From assembly GCA_036005065.1 (NCBI GenBank), contig DASYQW010000119.1, positions 1 through 24,994 on the forward strand: a stretch of DNA of 24,994 nucleotides, read 5' to 3'. The notes under the pieces were generated by a model. It was given only the letters and a program-made list of their open reading frames with translations. It searched no databases and had not been told where the DNA came from. Positions 6,693-13,662 of the stretch are shown here, in pieces; position 1 is the stretch's first letter, and each line of letters begins with the position of its first letter. Source of the stretch: Candidatus Methylomirabilota bacterium (GTDB lineage Bacteria; Methylomirabilota; Methylomirabilia; Rokubacteriales; DASRDR01). A program made the position numbers and the translations under genes.

Positions 6693-7310
6693 TCAGAGCA
6701 GGTAGATGAGCGTGAACACCATGATCCACACGAGGTCCACGAAATGCCAGTAGAGTCCGACGATCTCGGTGATCATGTAGTTGTAGCGCTGGTCCTGGAA
6801 GCGGGAGATCGCCGCCCGGACCACCGCCAGGTAGATCACGCCGCCGGTCACGTGGAGCCCGTGGAAGCCCGTGATGATGTAGAAGCTGGCCCCGAAGAGC
6901 GCGGCTCCCCAGGGATTCCCGAAGACTCGCATCCCCTGTTCGATCAGGTGCGTCCACTCGTACCCCTGCATTCCGAGGAAGAGCAGCCCCCCGCCCATGG
7001 TCCATAGCAGGCGGCTCCGCGCCCGCCGCATGTCCCCGCGCTGGATCCACTCGAGCGCCTTGACCATCGTGACGCTCGAGCAGATCAGGATGAAGGTCAT
7101 GACGGCCGGAATGTTGATCCCGAAGTGGACGGCGGGCGGCGGCCAATCCGCGCTGGAAGCCCGGACCGCCCCGTAGGAGGCCAGCAGCACGCCGAACCCC
7201 ACGGCGTCTCCCGCCAGGAAGATCCACATTCCGAGCTTCCCCCAGCTCTCGGGGGTGAGCGGCGACTCGGCCGGCTCGACGGCCGGGTGAGGCAGCGCGG
7301 CTTCAGTCAC
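6693..7310 (-). CDS. ctaE: Cytochrome c oxidase subunit III (5-TM short form)
   Basis: 205 aa. Carries WGKLGMWIFLAGDAVGFG, FYIITGFHGLHVTGGVIYL and LYWHFVDLVWIMVF, the hallmarks of heme-copper oxidase subunit III. GTG start at 7310 with an AAGGAGA Shine-Dalgarno 7 nt upstream. Confidence 0.85.
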   Translation of the reverse strand: MTEAALPHPAVEPAESPLTPESWGKLGMWIFLAGDAVGFGVLLASYGAVRASSADWPPPAVHFGINIPAVMTFILICSSVTMVKALEWIQRGDMRRARSRLLWTMGGGLLFLGMQGYEWTHLIEQGMRVFGNPWGAALFGASFYIITGFHGLHVTGGVIYLAVVRAAISRFQDQRYNYMITEIVGLYWHFVDLVWIMVFTLIYLL

Positions 7311-7345
7311 GGTCTGGTCTCCTTGTAGGCGTCATCCGGCGACCC

Positions 7346-8032
7346 TCACACGAGATAGACGAGGATGTAGAGAATCGGCCACAGAGCCACCACGAAGTGC
7401 CAGTACATCGCGCAGGTCGCCAGGCTCACGTACTCCCGTGGCGTGTAGCGGCCGCGCGCCGCCCACGCCAGGACGATCAGGAGCCAGGTCAGGGCCCCCA
7501 GGACGTGCGCGCCGTGGGTTCCGATCAGCGTGTAGAACGTGCCGCCGTAGATTCCCGAAGACGCGGTCAGGCCGAACCCGACCAGGCGGATCCACTCGGC
7601 GCCCTGCACCGCCAGGAACAGCGCGCCGAGGCCGGCGGTTCGGGCGAGGCCGCGGACCAGGCCGCGCTGGTCGCCCTGGCGGACGGCGCGGAGCGCGCGA
7701 GCCAGCGTATAGCTCGAGCCGATCAGGACCAGCGTGTTGACGGCCGTGACCCCCACCGGAAGTCGCGGCTGACCGGGAGGCGGCCACACGCTGGCGCCGA
7801 GGCGCAGGACCAGGAAAGCGGCCACCAGCCCGCCGAACAGGACCGTCTCTCCCGTGAGCAGCATCAGCATCCCGAGGCGGGCGTTCGAGTACGGGGGATA
7901 CGCCTCCGGCCCGGATCCGCCGTCGTCCCCGTTCCCGCGGGGCGGCGGGACCGGCGGCTGCCAGTCGCGGCCCAGCTCGCGGCTCGGGGGCCCGCCGACA
8001 CGCCGCTGGAGGTCGGGCTCGATGATCGGCAT
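7346..8032 (-). CDS. Second cytochrome c oxidase subunit III-family protein (paralog with a Pro/Gly-rich N-terminal extension)
   Basis: 228 aa. Carries GMLMLLTGETVLFGGLVAAF, FYTLIGTHGAHVLGALTWL and AMYWHFVVALWPILYILVYL, the same family signature as ctaE but divergent. The N-terminal ~50 aa are a proline-rich low-complexity run. Confidence 0.75.
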   Translation of the reverse strand: MPIIEPDLQRRVGGPPSRELGRDWQPPVPPPRGNGDDGGSGPEAYPPYSNARLGMLMLLTGETVLFGGLVAAFLVLRLGASVWPPPGQPRLPVGVTAVNTLVLIGSSYTLARALRAVRQGDQRGLVRGLARTAGLGALFLAVQGAEWIRLVGFGLTASSGIYGGTFYTLIGTHGAHVLGALTWLLIVLAWAARGRYTPREYVSLATCAMYWHFVVALWPILYILVYLV

Positions 8033-8039
8033 CGGTCTC

Positions 8040-8177
8040 TCAGTTGCGCACCCAGATCACGACGATGGAGACGATCACGAGGAACACGATCAAGGCGACG
8101 AGCAGCCGCGCGGTCCGGCGGTTCCGCTCGGCCAGAGTCGGCTCCGTCGCCTGCCCGCGGTCGATCAGCGCGGGCAT
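8040..8177 (-). CDS. 45-aa single-TM protein (not in the ORF track); possible small oxidase-associated subunit
   Basis: Hand-translated: ATG 8177..8175 to TGA 8042..8040 gives MPALIDRGQATEPTLAERNRRTARLLVALIVFLVIVSIVVIWVRN, a charged N-terminus followed by one clean TM helix. The stop lies 7 nt before the ctaE-like start, so it is coupled into the operon. It may be a chance ORF. Confidence 0.35.
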   Translation of the reverse strand: MPALIDRGQATEPTLAERNRRTARLLVALIVFLVIVSIVVIWVRN

Positions 8178-8213
8178 CGCTCACCCCGTTGGCCCGGCCG
8201 AGCACGCAGAGCG

Positions 8214-8376
8214 GCGACGGGGATCGGCACGGCCCTGAACTCACGGCCGGGCCGAGACCCGAGCAGCCCTAGGACGCAGGCCGGAGCCGGCCCGAGGCGT
8301 ATGCCGCATACGTTGAGGGCTGGCGACGGCCGAGGACGACGGGCTGCGACGGGTATCGGCACGGCCGTCAGCTCAC
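8214..8376. repeat. 31-nt imperfect direct repeat (27/31 identical) flanking a 132-nt spacer that contains a small palindrome; the second copy overlaps the ctaB stop codon
   Basis: 8214-8244 gcgacggggatcggcacggccctgaactcac versus 8346-8376 gcgacgggtatcggcacggccgtcagctcac. A palindrome, cgtatg-ccg-catacg, lies at 8298-8312. The repeat also shows in the spurious ORF translations as a repeated AVPIPVAA / RRATGIGTA. Confidence 0.6.
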
Positions 8377-9282
8377 CTTGTCGAGCGCCATCAGCACCAG
8401 CAGTATCGGCAAATACAGCACGGAGGCCAGGAGCAGCCGCCGGGCCGCCGGCGGCGAGGGCGCGACCGCCTGCGCCATGCCACAGGCCAGGAAGAGCCCT
8501 CCCAGGGTCAGAGCGCCGAAGAAGTACACCGCGCCCGCGAGCCCGATCAGCGTCGGCAGGAGCCCCACCGCGAGGAGGGCGAGACACCCCGCCACGATCT
8601 GGCGCTCGGTGCTCGCGCCGTCGGGGTCGACGACGGGCAGGACGCGGATGCCGGCCCGCGCGTAGTCCTCACGGTAGAGCCGGGCGATGGCCAGCGTGTG
8701 CGGGAGCTGCCACAGGAACAGGATCGCGAACAGCACCGCCGCGCCCGGCCCCAGGTCGCCGCGCGCCGCCACCCAGCCCGTCACGGGGGGCAGGGCGCCC
8801 GGGACAGCGCCGATCACCATGCACAGCGGCGTGACGCGCTTGAGCGGCGTGTAGGCGAAGAGGTAGAGGCCCACCGTCGCTACCGTCACCAGGACGCTGG
8901 CAGGCCCGACAGTCAGGGCAAGGTAGGCGAGTCCCGCCGCCGTCGTCAGCGTCCCGAAGACGAGCGCCTCCCCCGGCTGCAGGCGACCGTCGGGCAGGGG
9001 TCGGCCACGCGTGCGCTGCATCCGCGAATCGACGTCCCGCTCGAGGAACTGATTGAGCGCCAGCGTGCCGGCCGCCGCCAGTGCGGTCCCGAGCAGCGTG
9101 TGGGCGAGGCGGACGTAGTCCTGGCCGCCGACCGAGCCCAGGTAATAGCCGACGAACGTCGTCACCAGGACCATGAGGACGACCCGGGGCTTCGTCAACG
9201 TCACGAAGTCGGCGAGTCGCCGGCGGGCGCCGGCGAGAGCCACGGCCGGCGCCCCCGGCAGCGTCCCCGTCCGCGAGATCAT
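8368..9282 (-). CDS. ctaB: Protoheme IX farnesyltransferase (heme O synthase)
   Basis: Taken from the 451-aa ORF 8368..9723. The first ~147 aa of that ORF are Arg/Gly/Ala low-complexity and overlap ctaA in another frame. The real start is ATG 9282..9280 (MISRTG...), overlapping the ctaA TGA (ATGA). UbiA-family motifs are present: LTKPRVV, NQFLERDVDSRMQRTRGRPLP, YTPLKRVTPL. Confidence 0.85.
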   Translation of the reverse strand: MISRTGTLPGAPAVALAGARRRLADFVTLTKPRVVLMVLVTTFVGYYLGSVGGQDYVRLAHTLLGTALAAAGTLALNQFLERDVDSRMQRTRGRPLPDGRLQPGEALVFGTLTTAAGLAYLALTVGPASVLVTVATVGLYLFAYTPLKRVTPLCMVIGAVPGALPPVTGWVAARGDLGPGAAVLFAILFLWQLPHTLAIARLYREDYARAGIRVLPVVDPDGASTERQIVAGCLALLAVGLLPTLIGLAGAVYFFGALTLGGLFLACGMAQAVAPSPPAARRLLLASVLYLPILLVLMALDKVS

Positions 9283-10223
9283 GCCGCCACCCCCTGCGCG
9301 CCCGGCCCCGCCGGCAGCTGCGCCCGGGCCTCGGCCGCTTCGGCCCCGCCGAGCCGCCCGAGCGTGAGCACGAGCATGACCGCCCCGCCGAGGAGCAGAG
9401 CGGCGGTGGCCCGGTGGGCGACCGGCAGCACCAGGCCGCCGAGGACACCGCCGGGCACGGCGAACCCCGTGAAGCGCGCGACGTAGGCGCCGAGCCCGAG
9501 CCCGAGCTGAAGCGCGAGGAGGCTCAGCAGGGTCCCGGCCGGCCAGGCGAGCGCCGCCCGCGCCCGGTGCCGAGCGAGCACGCGTAGCGCGAGGAGCGCC
9601 ACGGCGAGCGTCGCCACGACGGCGCCGCCCAGGTGCCAGTCGATCCGGCCGGCGTGCGTCGTCAGGGCACCCAGCACGATCTGGAGATAGAGCGCGGCGG
9701 TCGCCGCCACCGCGAGCCCCCACAAGCGGCGGGCCTCGGCCGCCGGGAGGGGCGCCACCGGCGCTCGCCAGGCCGGGGCGGTGAAGACGGCGAGCGCCAC
9801 CGTCAGGGCGAAGAAGGCCTGAGCCAGGCAGCCGTGGACGATCGCCAGCGTATCCCGCAGGAGGAGCACCCGCAGCCCGCCGAGCAGCCCCTGCCCGCCC
9901 ACCAGGACGACGGCCGCCAGCCCGAGCAGCCGGAGCCGGCCCTGCCGGTCGCCGAACCAGAGCACGGTCGCCAGGCCGAGCGTCAGGAACCCGACCAGTG
10001 CCCCCAGGAGACGATGACTGTGCTCGTAGAGGACGCCCCCGACCATCTGCGACCAGGGATAGAGAAACATGTTGTGGCCGAACGTGGTCGGCCAGTCGGG
10101 AACCGCCAGCGCGGCCCCGGTGTTCGTCACGAGCCCGCCGGCCACGATCAGCACGAGCGTCGCGCCGACGGTGACGAGCGCCAGGCGGTGCGCCCAGCGC
10201 ATGGGCGCCGACGCCGTCGTCAC
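9279..10223 (-). CDS. ctaA: Heme A synthase (CtaA/COX15 family)
   Basis: 314 aa, about 8 TM helices. Conserved His residues sit in the TM helices (YEHSHRLLG, IVHGCLAQAFF, TTHAG). GAAGGA Shine-Dalgarno upstream. Its position between ctaD and ctaB supports the call. Confidence 0.8.
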   Translation of the reverse strand: MTTASAPMRWAHRLALVTVGATLVLIVAGGLVTNTGAALAVPDWPTTFGHNMFLYPWSQMVGGVLYEHSHRLLGALVGFLTLGLATVLWFGDRQGRLRLLGLAAVVLVGGQGLLGGLRVLLLRDTLAIVHGCLAQAFFALTVALAVFTAPAWRAPVAPLPAAEARRLWGLAVAATAALYLQIVLGALTTHAGRIDWHLGGAVVATLAVALLALRVLARHRARAALAWPAGTLLSLLALQLGLGLGAYVARFTGFAVPGGVLGGLVLPVAHRATAALLLGGAVMLVLTLGRLGGAEAAEARAQLPAGPGAQGVAA

Positions 10224-10244
10224 GGCAATTCCTTCACGGAACTC

Positions 10245-12002
10245 TCAGTGCGCGCGCGAGGACGCGCCCGCTGTGGTGAGCCGTCGCGTCTGGGGCAGGT
10301 AGTCCTCGGGTACCTCCGGCGAGCTGTACTCGTAGGGCCCGCGGTAGACGACGGGCAGGGCAGCGCCCCAGTTCCCGTGGGGTGGAGGCGACGGCGCCGT
10401 CCACTCCAGCGTGTTGGCGCTCCAGGGATTCAGGGGCGCCTTCGGCCCTTTGAAGAGGCTCCAGAGGAAATTGATCACGAACGGGATCTGGCCCAGGCCG
10501 AGCAGGAAGGCGCTGACGCTGATGAAGATGTTCCAGGGCTCGGTCCACGTCAGGAACTCGTACTGCATCGGGTTGTAGATCCGGCGCATCATGCCGCCCA
10601 CCCCGAGGATGTGCATCGGGAAGAAGACGAAGTTGAAGAACACGAACGTCGGCCAGAAATGGAGCTTCCCGAGCGTGTCGTTCATCATCCGGCCGAACAT
10701 CTTCGGGAACCAGTAGTAGATGCCGGCGAACGCCCCGAAGATGGAGCCGCCGAAGACCACGTAGTGGATGTGGGCCACGATGAAGTAGGTGTCCTGGATG
10801 AAGATGTCCACCGGCGTGGAGGCCATGAAGATCCCGCTGAGCCCCCCGATCACGAACATCGACACGAAGGCCAGCCCGTTCAGCATGGGAACGGTGAACC
10901 GGATGTTCCCGCCCCACAGGGTCCCCAGCCAGTTGAACGTCTTGATGGCCGAGGGGACGGCGATGACCATCGTCGTGATCATGAAGGAGGTCCCGAGGGC
11001 CGGGTTCATGCCGCTCACGAACATGTGGTGGCCGTACACGACCCAGGAGAGGAAGGCGATGCCGATGATGGAGAAGGCCATCGCGCGGTAGCCGAAGATC
11101 GGCTTCCGGGCGAAGACCGAGAGCACGTCGGAGGCGATCCCCATCGCCGGCAGGATCAGGATGTAGACCTCCGGATGACCGAAGAACCAGAAGAGATGCT
11201 GCCAGAGCAGGGGCTCCCCGCCCCCGGCGGGATTGAACCAGTTGGTTCCGAAGACGCGGTCGAAGAGCAGCATGGCGACAGCCGACGTCAGGACCGGGAG
11301 GGCGAGCAGGAGGAGGATGGCCGTGATGAACATCGCCCAGATGACCAGCGGCATCCGGAACATCGTCATGCCGGGCGCGCGCATGTTCACGATCGTCGTG
11401 ATGTAGTTGATGGAGCCCATCATGGAGGAGACGCCGAGGACGAACAGGCTGATGCACCAGAGGTTCTGGCCCCAGTTGACGCCGGAGTACTGGGGGATGG
11501 CCGAGAGCGGGGCGTACGAGGTCCACCCGGCGGCGGCGTGCCCGCCCTCCACGAAGAAGCCGGCCAGCATCAGGAGCCCGGCCAGGGCCCCCGCCCAGAA
11601 GGAGAGCATGTTCAGCCGGGGGAACGCCATGTCCCGCGCCCCGACCATCAGGGGGATCAGGAAGTTCCCGAACGCCCCCGCCAGGATCGGCATGATCACG
11701 AAGAAGATCATGATGGTGGCGTGCATCGTGAACATCATGTTGTAGACGGCGGGCGAGATGACCCCCTCGCTGTCGGGCCAGATGAGCCGCCCGACCAGGG
11801 GCACCGGGGTCTCCGGCCACGCCAGCTGCCACCGGAGGAAGAGCGCCAGCAGGCCGCCGATGACCATCATGAAGAGGCCCAGGAAGAGGAACTGGCGGGC
11901 GATCATCTTGTGGTCGGTCGAGAAGATGTAGGTCCGCACGAAGCCCAGCTCGTGGGCATGCACGTCGTGCGCGCTGGCCGTCGCGGCTGCTGGATGCGCC
12001 AT
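10245..12002 (-). CDS. ctaD: Cytochrome c oxidase (aa3-type heme-copper oxidase) subunit I
   Basis: 585 aa. Carries WFFGHPEVYILILP, GMDVDTRAYF-like regions, HHMF and YVVAHFHYV-type motifs (IVAHIHYVVFGGSIFG). The subunit I signature is unmistakable. Confidence 0.95.
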   Translation of the reverse strand: MAHPAAATASAHDVHAHELGFVRTYIFSTDHKMIARQFLFLGLFMMVIGGLLALFLRWQLAWPETPVPLVGRLIWPDSEGVISPAVYNMMFTMHATIMIFFVIMPILAGAFGNFLIPLMVGARDMAFPRLNMLSFWAGALAGLLMLAGFFVEGGHAAAGWTSYAPLSAIPQYSGVNWGQNLWCISLFVLGVSSMMGSINYITTIVNMRAPGMTMFRMPLVIWAMFITAILLLLALPVLTSAVAMLLFDRVFGTNWFNPAGGGEPLLWQHLFWFFGHPEVYILILPAMGIASDVLSVFARKPIFGYRAMAFSIIGIAFLSWVVYGHHMFVSGMNPALGTSFMITTMVIAVPSAIKTFNWLGTLWGGNIRFTVPMLNGLAFVSMFVIGGLSGIFMASTPVDIFIQDTYFIVAHIHYVVFGGSIFGAFAGIYYWFPKMFGRMMNDTLGKLHFWPTFVFFNFVFFPMHILGVGGMMRRIYNPMQYEFLTWTEPWNIFISVSAFLLGLGQIPFVINFLWSLFKGPKAPLNPWSANTLEWTAPSPPPHGNWGAALPVVYRGPYEYSSPEVPEDYLPQTRRLTTAGASSRAH

Positions 12003-12082
12003 CGTCCTTTATCCCCCTCGAACGGTTGCCCGCGCGAGTGCGCCAGAGTCGGCGGTTTCGGGCGAATCGGGTGGAGGCCGCA

Positions 12083-12739
12083 CTAGGAGGGCCACTTCTC
12101 CTTGAGCCACTGCTGGTACTCTTCCGCGGTGTGGACGAACAGGAAGCCCTTCATCCCCGAGTGCCCGAACCCGCAGAGCTCGGCACACGGGATCTCGTAT
12201 TTGCCGGGCTTCGTCACCTCGACCCACTGGTGGATCACGCGGCCCGGCACGGCGTCCTGCTTGAACCGGGCCTGGGGGATGAACACGCTGTGGATCACGT
12301 CCCGCGAGGTCAGGTGCAGGATGACCGGCTTGCCGACCGGGACGTGGACCTCGTTATCGAAGGTCTGGTCGTCCTCGGTCTCGAACTTCCCGTCGGGCCC
12401 CGGGTAGGTCACCTCCCAGTTGAACTGCTTGGCCGTGATCCGGATGTGGATGTCGGACTCGGGAAGCCGGCTCTTGATCCGGGTCCAGCCGGGAACCGAG
12501 AGGAAGGTGAGGATCACCAGGATGAGCGCGGGGACGATCGTCCAGACGATCTCGAGGGTGGCGTTCCCGTGGGTGTAGGTCGCCCGCCGTCCCTCCCGGT
12601 GGCGGTAGGCCACCAGGAAGATGATCATGGCGCCCGCCACCAGGATGAACGTCACGCCGGTGATGTAGTAGATGAGGTAGAAGAGCCAGTCGATTTCGGC
12701 TCCATAGGTGGAGATGTTCTCCGGCAGCCACCTCATCAT
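12083..12739 (-). CDS. ctaC: Cytochrome c oxidase subunit II (CuA centre, no fused cytochrome c domain)
   Basis: 218 aa. Two N-terminal TM helices, then a cupredoxin fold with HSVFIPQ...CAELCGFGHSGM, which gives the CuA ligands H, C, C, H, M. The protein ends right after the CuA domain, so this is aa3-type rather than caa3-type. Confidence 0.9.
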   Translation of the reverse strand: MMRWLPENISTYGAEIDWLFYLIYYITGVTFILVAGAMIIFLVAYRHREGRRATYTHGNATLEIVWTIVPALILVILTFLSVPGWTRIKSRLPESDIHIRITAKQFNWEVTYPGPDGKFETEDDQTFDNEVHVPVGKPVILHLTSRDVIHSVFIPQARFKQDAVPGRVIHQWVEVTKPGKYEIPCAELCGFGHSGMKGFLFVHTAEEYQQWLKEKWPS

Positions 12740-12824
12740 GACGGTCTACCCCTCGGGCGGAGCCTTGTCCGACGTTTCACAATCTCGTGACTTCGCTGAA
12801 AAAATGGCACTTTAGGCGCCTCTC

Positions 12825-12852
12825 ATTATCGTCGGGGGCCGCACGGTGTCAA
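12825..12852 (-). promoter_or_regulatory. Candidate sigma70-type internal promoter for ctaC-ctaD..., TTGACA-16 nt-GATAAT on the minus strand
   Basis: Minus strand: TTGACA at 12852..12847, a 16-nt spacer, then GATAAT at 12830..12825. The predicted start site near 12818 would leave a ~79-nt leader before the ctaC ATG at 12739. This is one of very few AT-rich hexamer pairs in the window. Confidence 0.4.
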
Positions 12853-12863
12853 GGGCGAATCTT

Positions 12864-12887
12864 CGGAGGGGGCCGGCGCCCCCTCCG
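12864..12887 (-). terminator. GC-rich 9-bp stem-loop immediately after the cupredoxin stop codon; possible partial terminator or RNA-stability hairpin before the internal promoter
   Basis: Plus-strand 12864-12872 cggaggggg pairs with 12879-12887 ccccctccg, with loop ccggcg. On the minus-strand RNA it is followed by gaagauucgcc, a poor U-tract, so it is at best a weak intrinsic terminator. Confidence 0.25.
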
Positions 12888-12902
12888 CTCACCCCCTCGG
12901 AG

Positions 12903-13607
12903 CTATTTCTTGGCCGGGAGCTCGAAGCTGACCTTCGCCTCCTGCCCCGCCTTGACCTCGACGTCCTTCGACTGCTTGCCGAGGACGGGGTGCCAGACCT
13001 CGACCTTGTGCTTGCCGGGCGGCACGTTCTCGAGCTTGAAGCTGCCCTTCTCGTCCGTCACGGCCGCCGGGCTCTCGGTCACGTAGATCCAGCCATGCAT
13101 CCAGCTATGGACATCGCACGCGACCTTGACGGCCTCGGGCTTCTCGATCTTCTCGGTCATCACCTTCTTGAACTTCGGCTGGGCCTTGTTGATGGGCGAG
13201 TTGGCGGTCGAGAAGGTGTGGATGTTGTGGAGGATCCCGTCCGAGTTGAGGATGTCGACCTCCCCGGGCCCCATGACGAGCACCTCGGGACGGAACTCGC
13301 AGCCCTTCTGGTCGAGCGTGGCCTTCTTCGCCGCCTTGGGCCCCTTGACGTCGGTGACCGCCACGACGGCTTCGGCCAGTCCGTTGCCTGGCCCCACCGC
13401 CACATCCGCGATCTTCTTCTGGTCACCGCATACCTGGTTGTCCTTGTTGACCTTCACCACCTTGGGGGCCGGCGGCGTCCCGGTGACCTTGACCTCGCCG
13501 GTGATGGTCCCACCCCCCTGGGCCCCGGCCGGCGGGTTCCACCCGAGCAGGGCGGCCGCCGCCAGGAGTCCGACGACGAGCAGCGTGGCGATGACGCGGA
13601 TTTGCAT
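12903..13607 (-). CDS. Secreted type-1 copper (cupredoxin, plastocyanin/amicyanin-like) protein flanked by Ig-like/carboxypeptidase-regulatory-like beta-sandwich segments
   Basis: Taken from the 258-aa ORF. Likely start is ATG 13607 (MQIRVIATLLVVGLLAAAALLGWNPPAGAQ is a signal peptide) with a GGAAGGAG Shine-Dalgarno upstream. Cupredoxin ligand pattern: GEVDILNSDGILHNIHTF (compare plastocyanin PHNIVF) and CDVHSWMHGW (C-x2-H-x2-M as in amicyanin CTPHPFM). The C-terminal GSFKLENVPPGKHKVEVWHP is CarboxypepD_reg-like. Confidence 0.7.
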   Translation of the reverse strand: MQIRVIATLLVVGLLAAAALLGWNPPAGAQGGGTITGEVKVTGTPPAPKVVKVNKDNQVCGDQKKIADVAVGPGNGLAEAVVAVTDVKGPKAAKKATLDQKGCEFRPEVLVMGPGEVDILNSDGILHNIHTFSTANSPINKAQPKFKKVMTEKIEKPEAVKVACDVHSWMHGWIYVTESPAAVTDEKGSFKLENVPPGKHKVEVWHPVLGKQSKDVEVKAGQEAKVSFELPAKK

Positions 13608-13662
13608 GGGAACTCCTTCCTCCTCCGTGAACGATCGGTTGAGCCCCGGCCGCGGCTGGCCC

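Noticed and set aside
8044-8834. Plus-strand ORFs 8044..8238 and 7854..8834 showing internal amino-acid repeats
   Set aside because: The repeats are the protein-level shadow of the 31-nt DNA direct repeat in the ctaB downstream gap. Both ORFs are antisense to or overlap real cta genes.
9283-9723. N-terminal 147-aa extension of the 451-aa ctaB ORF
   Set aside because: The extension is pure Arg/Gly/Ala and overlaps the ctaA coding frame. The UbiA-family homology begins at the ATG 9282, which overlaps the ctaA stop.
9633-12086. 817-aa plus-strand ORF
   Set aside because: Antisense to ctaA and ctaD (subunit I, unmistakable). The product is a His/Arg/Glu/Asp/Gly low-complexity string with no domain features.
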